A stretch of 64,000 bases of DNA. It comes from Vicugna vicugna (Eukaryota). The stretch covers positions 620,001 to 684,000 of the forward strand of contig MU057724.1 of NCBI GenBank assembly GCA_013265495.1, given 5' to 3'. The notes under the pieces are model-generated. The model worked only from the letters and a program-made list of their open reading frames with translations, was not told the origin of the DNA and made no database searches. The position numbers were made by a program, and so were the translations under genes. Of this stretch, positions 12,108-25,769 are shown in pieces (the first letter of the stretch is position 1; the number at the start of each line of letters is the position of its first letter).

Positions 12108-15100
12108 GCTTGGAGCTCTGCGTCCAAGCGCAGGCTGCCTCTTTTTCTGCACCCTAATTCTGCTCAGGGCCTGCCTTTTGAGACCTGGGCCCAGACAACA
12201 TTTCTGGTCCCTGGGATGGCGGGTGACAGCCTTTGTCCCATGGGTAAGGGGAAGTTCACAAGGCTGGCCGATAGGACTTTGGGGGGGCGTCAGGCAGGGT
12301 TTGGCGTGTTTGATGGCTGTCCCGGTGGAAAGTTCTTTAAACCATCTGATGACGGCGGAGGGGAGAGCTGCACTCACGTGAGAATCACTTTGGAGAAGAC
12401 AATGTCGAGGCCGAGAAAACTGAAACGCTGTTCGAGGACCTGGCAGACGGTGGCACTTTCCCGTGGGCGCACCTGGGGTCAGGCAGGCTGGGGTCGGACG
12501 CTGCCCCGCTGCGAGTGGGCCTGCTTGAGCCCAGCGGGAGCGGCCTGTGCCTCCCCACAGAGGACTCAGGGTGAAGGGGCGCCAGGGCAGAGCTTGGACG
12601 ACGCAGTGCTGCCCTCTGAGCTGGGGTGTGAGTTATGATCCCAGACGCCGGGTCATTAGCAGTCTCAGCGGAGAGGACTCCTGCTGGCCCTATTCAAACG
12701 TGGCGGGAGGGAAAAGCTGGCGGCGCAGGGTGTCCGGCGTGAGCTCCTTGGCCCTGGAGCTGTTGGGGTGCATTTGCAGAGGGAGCCTGATCGCTGCTCT
12801 AACTTGTACACGTGGTGTCTTCCTGAATATTTGCTGCAATTGACAAGTGACTTTCATTTCCACTTTGCAGAAACACTCCCTGGGTCAGAAATCAGTTTTG
12901 CTTCCCCATTAACTGCCACATGCCTTGTGGGCGTCTGTGGATAGGAACTGGGTTCAGTGAGGGCGGGTGGGAGCCACCTGGATGTGTTCGCTGGGTGTCA
13001 TGTCTGAAGGTCACGAAGCCCTTGGGGACGGGGTCACAAGGACGGCCAGCCCGTCCTTCCTGAAGCAGCTTGACAGCCAGATGGCAGTGACCGTGGAAAG
13101 GGCTCCAGGCGGGAGGCGTGTGGTGCGGGGCCGTCCCAGGTACACGTGCAGCAGCGGCTCGGCGTCCGGTGGGAGCTGGTTCCGCGGGCGGAGGCTGGAG
13201 CTTAGGGTGAGGCGGGCCCTGTTCTGGAGGGGCTGCTGCTGCGGGTGAGTCCAGGCGGGGAAGGTACAGCGTGTGCCTGCCGCCCGCCCTGGGGTCCCCG
13301 GGCCGAGCCTTCCCTGGCCAGACGCAGAGCCTGCCCGCCGTGGTTTCCGCCCCTGTGGGTGGGGGAGGGGCGCCACATCCGCTGGACACGCAGTTCAGGG
13401 TCCAGAGACGGGAAAGGGCAGAGGGACCAGCCCTGCACAGCGGACGCTCCACTGTGGTGCTGGGGTTTTAGTGCCTCGTTGACTTTACATGGTTTGAGGT
13501 CCGCCTCCCAGTTAGAAATCACGGGCCTGCATTAGAGCCTCTGTTCCTGGGTCGCGGTGGGGTGAACGGCTGACGAGGGCGCGGCTGGTGTGGTTCAGAG
13601 AGCTCGTCTCTGCCCGTCGCGTCTCCAGAAAGACTGCGGGAGCCGCTCCACAGACCAGGCGGGCGGCCTCCCCTGAGAGCACGTGGCCCCAGGGCCACAG
13701 TGACGGCTCTCTGTCCGACCCACAGCTCCTGTCACCTCCCTGCCGGCTGCTCTGCTCGGCAGCTCTCTTTCCCTCCTCCCATCTCCCCGCCCGCCCTCCA
13801 GTCCCGTCCCTGCGGCTCCCACAGCCTGCAGGCAAGTGCAGGGATGGGGGCCCCTCCTCTCACATCACTTGAGCGGGAATCCCAGGCTCTGGGGGAGGGT
13901 GCGGCCGCCTCCAGGCACATCTGTCTGTTCCTGCTTATGCTCGGCTGAACCCGCACAGGACTGAGTCCTTCCAGGTCCTTTTCCCTTCCTAAAATATATA
14001 TTTTAAAGCATCTCATCCTTTAAATGAGGGAGGAGAGACAGTAACAGAGCAGAGGCAGCACCAACAGGCCCACGTGCGGGGCGGAGTGTGGAAGGGGCCA
14101 GGCGCTCGGAGAGGCTGCTCCCGGGAGGTGGCTCCTGGAGACACCGGGGTCCCAGCCTGGCGGAGCAAAGGCAGGAGCGGTCCAGGCAAAGCGGGGCCAC
14201 CCAGGGGCCTGCGGCAGGGACCAGCTAGTGCTCCGGGGAAGGACACAGGCCTGTGGCCAGGCAGGGAGGCTGGGGCTGCCCAGAGCTCGGGAAACCAGGG
14301 CACCGAGTGCTGTCAGGAAACGTGGGCCGACTGCCCGAGTCTGCGACCCGGTGAGGGTTTCAAAGGTCCCTCTGCAGGGTGTGGGGATGAGGCTGTGGAT
14401 GGCCGGGGGGCACAGGGGAGCCTTGTAGGGTCAGTGGCTGGGCAGGGTGAGCCCGTGGACGGCAGCAGGGCCGGGGGAGAGGGCGCCCCGGGACCCGCAG
14501 GGAGAGGAAGCGGGGCGGGTCAGTGCCCCAGGTTGTGGGGGAGGGAGCGGAAGGGCTCCAGAAGCCCCCATTGTCTTCACTGAGTGCGCTGAGTGGGCGG
14601 TGGTCCCGCTTCCTGACACAGGAATTCTTGGTGGGGGGGCAGTGGCATCAGGACTGAGGCCGCGTCCGCGCTGACGCTGAAGTTCCCGTCAGCGCCCTGG
14701 CGGACGCACAAGGAAGGCAGGTAGCTGTGGGAGGGGCTCTTGGAAGGCCAGGCTGAGCTCACGCAGGACAGCAGAGCCAGGCCAGACGGCCCGTCCGTGG
14801 AGGCTCCACGCAGAGGGTGTGAGATGCCGGCCCAGGGAGGCTCGCTGAGCCGGGGGAAGCGGGTCTGAACTGCTGCGGGGTCTCCAGGGAGAACCAGGGC
14901 AGCCAGCAGACGACCCTGCACAGACTCATCCTTCCGTTGGGTGCAGCCTGGGCTGCCCGCCCGCGCTGACCCGCTGGTGCGGTGGGGCCAACAGTCCAGG
15001 CGTTGTGGGGCTGCAGGTGCCTTGGCTCGCCTCCGGGTCGGGGTCCACAGGAAGGACCTGGAGTCTTGCTGGTGAATGGCCTTCAGCCCCTCTCCCAGGG

Positions 15101-17644
15101 GAGTTTCTGGGGGCTCCTGGATCATGCTAAGCAAGGTCAAGTCCACACTTTGTCCTCTGGCGTCTTTGAACAGGGACCCCCGTCCATGTGGGTTGCACAC
15201 AGTGTAGCCACAAAGGGACCACCCCCTGCACCGCCTGAGTCTGGAGCCAGCCATTTCTCTGGAGAACCTGGATCCCACGCAGGAGAATGTGCTCAGGCCT
15301 GGGGCCTGGGGCTGCGTGTGCTGTGGCCACTGGGGCCTCTGCTTCCGGCCCCTCGGTGACCTGTGTGCACACGCCTGTGTGTAAATACCTGTGCACGTGA
15401 CCAGCAGCTCTGTCCGGGGCAGAGCGGGAGTCCCTAAGGACACGTCCAACTCTCACCACCACCCGGCAAGGTCCAGCCTCCCCGCCTGCCCGCCTGCAGC
15501 CACCTGCCCCGAGGACCCGGCCCCACCGTCGGTGCTGAGTTACGTAGCTGCTCGAGCCCGGCTGCACCCACCAAGCGTCCACACGAGCCTCCTGAGCCCA
15601 CGGGAGCCAGCTCGCCTGCCAGGTGCACACACACGTTTCTTTAACCCCACAGACTTTGTTCATTTCTAACTTTTCTTGAATTAGCACCTTTTCCCTTCCA
15701 GTACCTTCACTGAGTGCTAGAATTTCTAGTTGAGTTTCAGCTCAGAGTATTTGGCTCACACGGATAACTAACTGAGACAAAATTTGAGATCCGTTCGTTG
15801 CCGCTTAAGGTAATCTGGATGCATTTCAGAGCCTGACAAACTGACGTGAGCTGCTCTGGGCTGCTGCTCAGGGAGTTCATCAAACAGGGTTGGGGAGAAT
15901 GAAGCCACATGGCTAGCTTTCCTTTGATAAAGTCAGCGGCGGGTCAGTGTCTCTGGGCTGAGTGGGTCACCACGTTCCGGGTTTGTGTCCACACGCGTGC
16001 AAGGCACACGGAGTCGTGGCACCCTTGCGACACTGGATCTTTGTTTGAAGGAGCCAACGGGAAGGACTTCCGATTCAGAAAGGAGGAAACGCGACCCCCT
16101 GCGTGGAGCCTGCAGGGCGAGGCGACATGTCAGAGTCTTCCCATGTTGGAGCATTGTTAGTGTTTCCTGCGTTGGAAGCAGTGTTCCAGGGAATCCTGTC
16201 AACAGTCCTCTTTTCCCGTCTAGATGCGCTAAGTGAGCGTCCCAAAGTCAAGAGTCAGCAGTGGGCTGTTGGTAACTCCCCAGGGAGGCCAGGCCCGGCC
16301 TGGGCGGTGACAACGCTGGTCTGCAGCGCTGTGCCCCGGCACGCATCGTTTACCACGCCGTGGGGCGGCAGTCAGCTCCTTAGGAATTTTGAAAGTTCAT
16401 GCAGTGATTCTCTCTGCAAAATGCAAGCCCAGAGAAATACGTTTGTCAAAGGGGCCACCCTCTAAAGAGAGTGTGTTACTGTCTGACGAGTGGCGAGGGC
16501 TCCCCCGTCTGTGGCGAGGGTTTGTACGCCCACTGCAAGAGGGCTGGTCGGTGTGAGGTCCAGGCTCTCTTCTCCCGCGGGCGCCGCCCTGAGAAAGGTC
16601 CACCCAACACCCAAGGGCGGACGCTCGCAGGGTGGTGGGGGCTGGCGGAGCACAGAGCAGTGAAGGACGGTTTTCATTTCAAAACGTCTGCAGTTAGGCA
16701 ACCATCGCCTTGACGCGGTGGAAGCCCAGTGACGTTAACTGTGGGCCGGTTGCTGACAAGCGTGCCTTTTGAGGACGGGACGGCTGCGTCGTTCCTGCCA
16801 TCAGCATCTTGAAAGAAAACTTCAAAACCACTTGGGTTTAAGGAAGAGCGACGGCCTCTCCAGAGCTGCTGAGTCGCCTCTTTGTCTTAAGTCGGCATCT
16901 TGATAAAGCTGAGCAGGCTTTCCGAGCGTGTCGTGTTTTTATCTTCCAAGCGATTGGGAGTGCTCTGGAGTGCGCCTGCCAGCCCTGCTCTCGGGGGCTG
17001 CACGGAGCTTTGCTCTCGCTTATCTCCCTGGGAAACGTCAGCTGGATTTCTCTGGGCTCTGGGATCCTTCAGTGTCCCCCGGGCACTGGGCGGGACGTCC
17101 AGCTCTGCAGCGTCTGCGGCCCTGCTCTTAATCCCGGGAGGCTGGGGGCGCAGCTCCAAGTGCCGTGGCAGCGTTTACGTGGCTCCGGGAAGTCCCTGGA
17201 TTTGGACCTGGAACGACTCCGACAGGGCGTCCCCTGACCTCCTCATTCGTCAGCCCCGAGGTGGGCGCGTGGCAGACGGGCCGGATGCAGCTCCGACAGC
17301 AGGGCTGGCCGGCTCCCACACGAGGTTTCGGGAACATTCCCTGATGGGCAGACAATCACCTTGCTTCTCTGCCCCTCACGGGGAAAGTTGCCTCACCTTG
17401 CTAGGTCTCTGCAGAAGCCCTGGCTTTAGGGAGCGAGTGCTGCTGAATGAGGCGCGGCCAGGGCCCTGGGCGCCGCCCGCACAAGAGGCTTCAGGTGCTG
17501 AGGGAAGGCTGGCTGTGGGCTGTTTCAACCTTGATTCCTGCCTGTTTTCTTGTTCTTTTCCAAGCCGGAGTACTTTTGCGTCCTTACTTGGTTCATGGTA
17601 ATGATGACACTGTTTACAAAATACGATTTTTGTTTCATAGAATA

Positions 17645-17745
17645 CTTCCATATAGATTATTCATTTAATCCTTACAGTAATTCTGTAACGCAGGTAACTC
17701 TAATCTTATATTATGGATTAAAAACCAGATTCACAGCGAAGCACA
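17645..17745 (-). mobile_element. MIR SINE remnant
   Basis: tagattattcatttaatccttacagtaattctgtaacgcaggta resembles antisense MIR core (attatctcatttaatcctcacaacaaccctatgaggtaggta). Confidence 0.65.
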
Positions 17746-20700
17746 GGCCGGGAGCCCGGGACGTGGCCCGCAGACCTGCGGGGAGGGCTGGCCCAGCGCT
17801 CCGGGTCCGGAGGTGGAGTTGCAGGGGCGCCCCATCCCGGGCTCCTCGGGAGGAGGCTGACGTGATGCGCAGAGCCGTGAGCCCTCTCCCGCGGGGGCGG
17901 CCCTGGCCGCCCTCCTCCACACGTGTCACCGCCATTTAAGAGGACCCGGGAGTGGCCTCCGGGTCCGTGTCCTTCCAGGAAGGGGCTCCCCTCAACACCC
18001 CGACCCCTGTCCTGGGCCCCGAGGTCCCCACCTTCCTTTGGGAGGGGGCCCGTCCGGGACTGTCACACCCCTGGGGTCCTGCGGTGAGTAACTCCTGGGA
18101 CGGATCCCCATGCAGCAGGGCGGGTTTGGGCTCAGGGAGGGTGTAGGACTCCAGGTCCCTCGGAAAGGACCCGGGGGCTCTCTGGGGCCTGTCCTCCCCT
18201 CGCCATGCACGTCCAGCCCTGGCGCAGTGCGGCTGGTGGGCAGGCAGCGTGGACACTCCACGTGGAAACGGTTCCAAACCCCCCTCTGGACAGAGCCCGC
18301 GACTTACTTCCTCGTGGGGGCGGGCCCAGCTTAGCGGCCTCGCGATCGCACTTCCTTTGGGTCCTGGTTTCCAAAGGGATCCCTTCCCGATGATGTCAGG
18401 GAGGACGTCCGCGGGAAGCCGGGGGCACGCGCACGCACACGGCCCACCTGTCTGTCCCAGAGGCTGTGCTGTTTTGAAGCTTGAAATCCTTGAAGCAAAG
18501 CAAAACAAAAACCAACCCCCGCTCCCCATCCCGCCAGAAGAAAAGCCGGGAGCGGTTTTCAGAGTCCTCGCACTGCTGGCACGAGGCCCCCCCAGGGCGG
18601 ACGCAGCCCGCCCGGTGACTTCCGGGCCGCTTCCTCCTCCTGGGCGGGGGTGAGGGCCCGCTGGTCACCTTTCCCGGGACGGTGTGCTCCATGCAGGTGT
18701 GGTCTGTACGAGCTGCTCAGCTCCGTCAGCGGAGGGAGATTACAGCCAGGTCCTGCCAAGGGCTGGCCTGAAGTCCACTTGCAAAGACCAGTGACGTCCC
18801 CAGAGACCAGAGGGTCATGGCACTGACCTTCCTGGAGCCCAAGAAGAATCGCAGGAAGTGGAGGGAGACGGGCCGCGCTCCTCCAGACGCCGTCAGGCCT
18901 GTCCGGCCTCCCGAGCAGTGTGGGCAGCTGCGGCCGGCTATGTGGCAGTCCTTATACCAGACAAAAGCAAAACGCCTGAAAGCGCAAGCCCCGTGCTCCC
19001 CGGAAGGACAGTCAGAAGTGTGTCGTGCAAACTGAAATGAAGCTTTTTTAAAAAGACACGGATTTGGAAAATTAGATTTCCACATGATTTAACTCTGAGT
19101 CTGCCCGTGTGGCGGTCCGCTGTGGCACCGGAGTTCAGGAAGGACTACCTGCTGGAAGTTCTCAGATGCCACGTGTGCCTTCGCTTGATTTGTGGCGTGA
19201 GATGCACTCAAGGCGGAGGAGAGACGGGCTCGAGTTCCCCTTTCTCCCGCCCACCCTCGCCCCCAGCCCCCGGGCCACTAGAAGTGAGGGTGGGCTCACT
19301 GACCGTCTGTCCCTGGCCCTGTCTGTCCTGTCCTCTCCTCCCCTCTGGCCCCAAGCTCGGGGAGGGCAGCCCTGGACATCAGCTCTCCGTGTGGCGCCTG
19401 GCTCACAGCTGGGGTCCGTCCGGGAAGGAGGGCTGCGATGGGCGGTGTGGACAAGGGGGAGAATGCCCAGTGGTCCCTGAAGGAACAGGTCCAGGTCACG
19501 AGGCCAATGAGCAGTGGGGCAGGGAGGCAGGTCCCAGGGCAGGACGGCAGGTGAGGGGACACGTGGGTGGTGTGTCGAGGACCGTGGACTTTTCCCGAAG
19601 GTTCTGGGCACTGTGGGCACAGTTCAGTCTCACAGCGGTGGCTCCCGGGTCAGCGTGGAGCCAGGACACCTGGCGGAGACCGACATGGCAGGTGCTGGGC
19701 ACTGACAAGGGCACGTGGTGCAAAGGGGCAGAAACCGCGGGGAGGAAGGAAGTGGAGGGGCCGCGGGTCGGTGTGTCAGCAGAGGTGTCCTGCGACGAGG
19801 TGACCCGGGCGCAGGCTCGAGAGAGGAGGTAGGTGCCGGCAGTCCACGGGGCTGGGGTCCAGTAGGAGCGCGTCCGAGGTGAGGGGTCGGGGGAGTTGTG
19901 AGTTTCCGGACGCACTCGAGGTGCCTGGGGCAGAGGACTGCGGTGATGCGGGGCAAGTCCGGAGGGGGAGGGACGGGTGTCTGGGGAGAGAAAGGTGGGG
20001 GCCGCCCGGGGTTGGGCTGTGGACCCGAGGACCGCCGAGGCTGCTTCCAGCTCTGGAAGCTGAGGTTTGCTCTTAGACAGAGAAGCTCCCTGGCAGTTCG
20101 AGCCTGGAGCTGAGTGCCAGGAAGGAACCCGTCTGGTTTTGTGCAAGTTACGTCACACTGACCGCATCCCCGTCCTTTCTAAGACGGACATTACAGTGGG
20201 ATCGACTTGCAGATGCAGTGAGAAAAATGTAGGCCTGGCGCGGGGGAGGACACCTGGTGCGTGGGGAGGCTCCTCGAGCCCTCCAGATTTCACTGTGAGG
20301 GGCTGTTTCCCGGGCGGGGGGCTGAGATGACCCGGTGGGGTGGAGGGGCAGGCTGGGCGGGTCGTGGCCAGGCGCCTGGGGGCCTGGGCACCTCTTCTGC
20401 AGGGATGTGAGAAGAGGGAGGTGGGGTCAGGTGCTGCGCCTCCAGGCCTGCCCTGGCCCCTGCGCGCACCCTGTGACGGGAGCGCGGGGGCTGGATGGGC
20501 AGGTGTGTGCACCTGCGGGGGTGTGTGAGGGAGGTGAGGACCTGAGGACAAGGGGGAGTCACAAAGCCACTGAGTTTCACTTGTATCCCGACCCCTCTGC
20601 TTCCCTCCGACTCCGGGGAGGTGGTCCATCTGCCTCAGTGGGGTCGTGACCCCTGGGGCGCCCCCGTCGGGCGGGTGGCCTGGGGCCACGCGTCAACACG

Positions 20701-23700
20701 GGTGTTCACGGTGGGGTTGGCCGTCCCTCATTCTCCCTCCGTCAGAGCTGGCATGTCCGCCACATGTGTGATTCAGAAAGCAAAACCCTTGCTCTGTAAA
20801 CAGCCTGACATGGGCACGTTTACACAAAGGCTCCGCACAGAGGCTCTGCTCTTGCGCTTCAGCTGCTTTTCTTCCGTCGTGGGCTCGTGTGCTGCTGCGT
20901 CCGCTGCCACGTTTAGAAAGTGCTTGCATGTTGGCGATACCCTTGCGATAGCCGAGGCTCCTTGAGACGGTCCTCTTCCAAGTGTTAGTAGGGGGCGGTG
21001 GCTGCTTCTCAGGGTGCCTGCAAGGAGGGAGGCCACGGGAGCTGCAGCCCCCAGGACGCCCCACAGCTAACCCTGCCGGTCCCTTCCTCTCCTGTCCCCC
21101 CTGGGACGCCCGATCGTCTTGACTCTAAGTTCATTTCCTGCCATTTTCAACTTCCTCCATTTCTTGCTAGTTTCAGGTGATCAACAGCAGATCCAAAATT
21201 CATCTCAGAAGTGCCAAAAAAAAAAAAGAAGACTTGAGTGCTCACTGGCCTGTTCATCTCAAGCTTTTCTCAGCAAAAATGCGTGCAAAGGGTACAATTC
21301 CAGCGCCAGCCCTGTCTGACTCTTTCAGACCTCAGGATTCATTAAAAAGCTTAAACTCATATAAAAAGGGTGCATGTGGGAAGGGCCTGCTCAGTGTGGA
21401 CGTTTCTGCGAGCCAGGGGGTCTCCCCAAGAGCACGGGGTCCTTGGAGGGAGCGGGGGCACCCGGCCAAGCTGACCCCGCCGCGTCGCGAGTGAGTCCTT
21501 TGTGCCCGCGCCTGCAGGCGCAGGGCCTGGACGCTGATCCTGAGGGGCAGGCACGGTGACCCGGGCCGCTGCTCTTCCGCTGTGTGTTTATCCGGGGCGC
21601 GAGCGTGCTGGGCGCACGGTTACGTCTGTGAAGTACCAAACTGTGGGGCCTGAGGTGTGGGGGACAACTTTCTTTTTCCCTGGGGAGGCCCATCTTGTGA
21701 CGATTGCTCCACCTGAAGAGAAGGGCTCTCTCCCCCTTCCCTCCCCCCGTAGCCTGAGGGGGAGGCGGGGGGCTGCAGGCGGGACCCCGGAGCCAGGCAG
21801 CAGGTGGCCTGCCCTCGGCTGACAGGTGTTATCTGCTCCCGTGTCACGGATGGCAGGTGTCCTCCCTCCTGCTCAGATACGGGAATCCAAATATTTCTTT
21901 TAAGGAAAACCTTCAAAGCCAAGCAGATCTGTTTCTGTCAGCATCTGCAGGCCAGTCCCCTGTGCTGCTTGTCACGGGCTTAGTTACGCAGCATCATATG
22001 TGCCCGCCCTGCACCTCGCAACACGCTGCACAGTCACTCAGTTTGCTCTGGCTCAGACCTTCTCCCGGCTCCATAGTCTGAACTCAGCAAAGTAAAGGGA
22101 CCCCGAGTCCAGCCCTGCGACTCGGCACGTGCGGCGCCAGGAGGCGTGAGTCTGCGTGTGTGTGCGTGCTCGTGTGCACGTGGGCCTGCGTGTGCCTGTC
22201 CGCTCGCCGCCTCTCAGACGGCGCTGGATGGGGTCGGAAAATGTTTACTTTGAGTTCATGGGGGGATCAGGGCGACGGAGGGGACAGGTGTCTACACTGG
22301 TGCAGCTGGAGTGACCCTTGCTGTCCGAGGAGGGAGCAGCTCGCCTCTGGCATCCTTCCCCAGCGCCGTTGGCTCTGCAGCAGGCTGGTGCTGGGAGGGA
22401 CGTGGTTGCCGCCTGTCCCAGAGTGGTCCCGTGGGAGCTCTCGGCAAGGCCACCAGGTTCCAGGAGACGCCGTGGACGCGCTCCCCACCAGAGTGGGAGC
22501 CGGGGGAGGGGCCGGAGGCGGCCTTGCTGAGGGCCGGGGCACAGCCAGCTCAGGTGCGAAGGCTGCCCCAGGAAGCATTTGATGGAGAATTGATTACGTG
22601 ATGATTATAAAAGTCTTTTCTTTTAGTGACTCAAGTTATCAGCAAAATTTTATCATCCGGACTGTTTGCACGTTCCAAAATGTGTTTGCAGGAACAAACA
22701 GCTTCTTAAAGAGCTGAGGGTTGGAGCCAAATTACTAAATGGGAAGAATGCTTGGGAATTTTGGAAGACCAGCCAGAAAGCTGTCCTGTAACAAGTGAGT
22801 CTACAAACCTCCTTTGATCAGAAAGAAGTAGATGTACAGGAATCCCAGCAGCAAATTCTCCGTTTTGAAGTAACTTGTGGCCTCCTTACCTGCTGCTAAA
22901 ACGCATCCAAAGACAGGAAACAGCGTCCTCCAGCAAGGCGAGAGGGTCAGAAAGGCTTTCGAGACACGCACGGGTAAGAAGCCCCGCTGAAATCAAAGCA
23001 TCCAGTGAATAATGAAACGACCAATGTTTGAATTCTGCTTTAAGGTTTAAAATTCTTTAACATGCAAAGAGATTTGGGTCCAAAAGCCAGTGTTAAATGA
23101 GGGGTCAGCATCCTTTCCTTCTTGTACCAATTTTGTGCTTGTTGTTTTGATTGTGAAAGTGACACAGACTATTGCAAGTTTAGGAAGCGAAGCATGAAAA
23201 TGAGTTCCAGTTCACGTCACGACTTTGAGAGTCCGGACCTTGTTAACCCCTGGGCCATTTACTCTGGTCACACACACGCTTCATCCGTGGCTGTCTCACG
23301 TCTGCCTGCGGGACGAGCGTGAACGAGTGTGTGCTTCCTGCGCGACCCTGGCCAAGTGTCCCGCATCCTGGACACCGTTCGTGGGCGGGGTGGGTGGCGG
23401 GGAGGCAGAGTGTGCGCCCCACGTCCTGTGCCCCCATGCGGGGGCGGTGGCTGTGGAGGCGCCTGGTGTGGACGCACACGAGGGGTGCAGCCCGAGCGCT
23501 GGGCGGCGTCAGCTCCGGGCTGGGGTCTGGACGCTGCACCGTGTCCGCCATGTCGCAGGTGCGCGGTTTACTCGTCGTTCTGCAAACCCTCTCTGTTTCT
23601 GATATTTTTCACTTAAACAAGCGATGCATTCACACCTCTGTTTTCTTTACTGACTCAGAGTGGACTCTTGGCCATGAAATCGTTGCATCAAAATATACCC

Positions 23701-24820
23701 CTGTAACGGCTCCGCATTTTTATAAACGAAAACTTTTCCAGGAAGCTCCTCTTTGGCGACACCCGTCTTCCGACGCTGCGATGGCAACTGTGTACTCGTG
23801 ACCCTCGCCCCCAAAAACCTTACATCTCAAAGTCATGTTTATTACAAATTCTAGGGAAACGGGATGCAAAATGATACACAACTGAGCACTGAATCCTGGA
23901 GTTACGGCATCTCCTCTTCTCTCGTCAGGAATCTCTCCCTCCTCTTCCGGGTTCTCAGACCTGCTGCTTTCCTTCCTCGTGGATGAGGAGGGGTGGCACT
24001 TAACTGCGCAGCAGTGTGGGCCGGGGGCATCGTGCAGACGGGCCTGAGGCCGCGGGGGTTCCAGCGCCCAGCGTCTCCAGGCGGCTCTCAGGTGCTGACA
24101 GTCTCTTCCTCTGTCCGCGGCGAGGGCGCGGAATCCTTCTGGGCCCACACGCTGTCACCTCCTCCCGCTGGAGGGGCCTCCCGTCTGTGCCGAGAGCCCC
24201 GCCCCGGGCCGCTGACCCCCAGGCCTGGCCTCTCCCGTTGCTCCTGCAGAGTCTGCCCCAGCCGAGGCCCTGCTTCCGTCCCCGCCAGCCTGTTCCTTCA
24301 CCTTCACCCTCCTCGCGTTTCTAAAGGCTTGCACTTGGGAGCCCTCAGGTGTGCTCAGGGGAGAAGAAGCAAAAGGGGGTTTAGACACAAGCTGACCTTT
24401 GAACAGAGAAGGGCGGTCTGGCCCGGCCGAGCCGCACGAGTGGGCAGCCTTGTCACTCTGACCTCGAGGGACAGGGACCTCCGACCTCTCTGAGAGGGTC
24501 TGGTTGTGTACCCACACTGTCCCGTGTGCGGGCCACAGGTCACACAGCTGCAGACACTTGAAGTGACCAGGGAACTGGGCGTCGTCAGCTTGACTTCACC
24601 TTCAGGAGCGCAGATGTAAGCAGCCCCGTGCTGGTGCCCGCGGTGCAGGGGGCTCTAGACCCCCATCCAGGAGGACTCAGGCCGGCGAGAGTGTGGACAC
24701 CTGCTCCTTCCCCTCCTCACCTGCCGTCTCCCTCTACCCACGTCAGCTGCCGCAGATGCGGAACCAGGAGGAGATGTCCCTGTCCCAGGCCCCAGACCGC
24801 AGCTCCACCCCCAGGTCCTG

Positions 24821-24920
24821 CCCTCCCCCTCCCTCCCNNNNNNNNNNNNNNNNNCCTCCCTCCCCTCCCTCTCCCTCCCTCCCCCATCCCGTCTCCTTTC
24901 CTCCCTCCCTCCTTTTCCTT
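24821..24920. repeat. (CCCT)n-like polypyrimidine tract interrupted by a 17-N gap (24838-24854)
   Basis: ccctccccctccctccc-N17-cctccctcccctccctctccctccctccccc...ctccctccctccttttcctt. Confidence 0.9.
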
Positions 24921-25159
24921 GAGAAGGTACCGCTCACTGGGTACTAGGTGAGAGGCAGGGATACAACCACAGATAAAATGAACATCACCCGCTGACAGCA
25001 GAACAAATAAATGCTTAATAACATTATTCAATTCACCATTATTAATTAAGAATGAGGATAATAAATCAATATTGAGTAATAATAATAAATACAAAGTGGT
25101 TGATATTGATAGTAAATAAATAACATGCCAAACGTTGGTTTTTAAAAAGTAATTATTCT

Positions 25160-25500
25160 TTTCGTAAATGTTTTATTTTAGAAAAATTTAGCTTTAAATT
25201 CACAGAAAAAGCCAGACGTAATCCTGTCTGCTCTGCACCCAGCCCCCCGTTCACGCTGTCACAGCACCGACACTGGATCCAGGCTTCGCTGAGGTCCCTC
25301 AGCTTCTGCCCGAGGCCCTCCGGCGAGAGCGCCCGTCCCGCGAGGTCCCCCTGCCCCTTTGTGCCCCTGGGTCTGTGATGTCCTCAGACGGCGCCAACAG
25401 TCTGGGGAGGGCTGGCCGGGTGCCTCGCAGCGTGTGCCTCTTCTTGGGTTTGTCAGACGCCTTTCTCATGACTGGACGGGGGCTGCGGGCCTTCCCGTCC
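25160..25500 (-). mobile_element. L1MC-like 3' UTR remnant
   Basis: ttttattttagaaaaatttagctttaaattcacagaaaaag and ttgggtttgtcagacgcctttctcatgactgg resemble antisense L1MC 3' end. Confidence 0.6.
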
Positions 25501-25529
25501 CGTCCACTCGAAGGCACACGCCGTGTGAG

Positions 25530-25640
25530 GCTTGACCTTTATTCTCTTGACAACGTGTTTTGCAGAGAAAACGTTTTTAATGTTGATGAAGTCCAGTTTC
25601 TGAAACGTTCCCTCACAAGTCGCCTCGCGGCTCTGCCGGC
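25530..25640 (-). mobile_element. Short L1 ORF2 fragment
   Basis: tctcttgacaacgtgttttgcagagaaaacgtttttaatgttgatgaagtccagttt resembles antisense L1 ORF2 (gtcttttgaagagcagaagtttttaattttgatgaagtccaattt). Confidence 0.7.
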
Positions 25641-25769
25641 TCTGCCCGTGTGTGCTGGGGATCTTTCACGAGGTCTGTGAACGTCTGGGGCTGCGTGTCC
25701 CCTTGATGGACCAGTGTCTCAGGAGCTGCCTTTACCGTTCCCCGTCACGCAGGCTGGCTGGCGAGGAGC

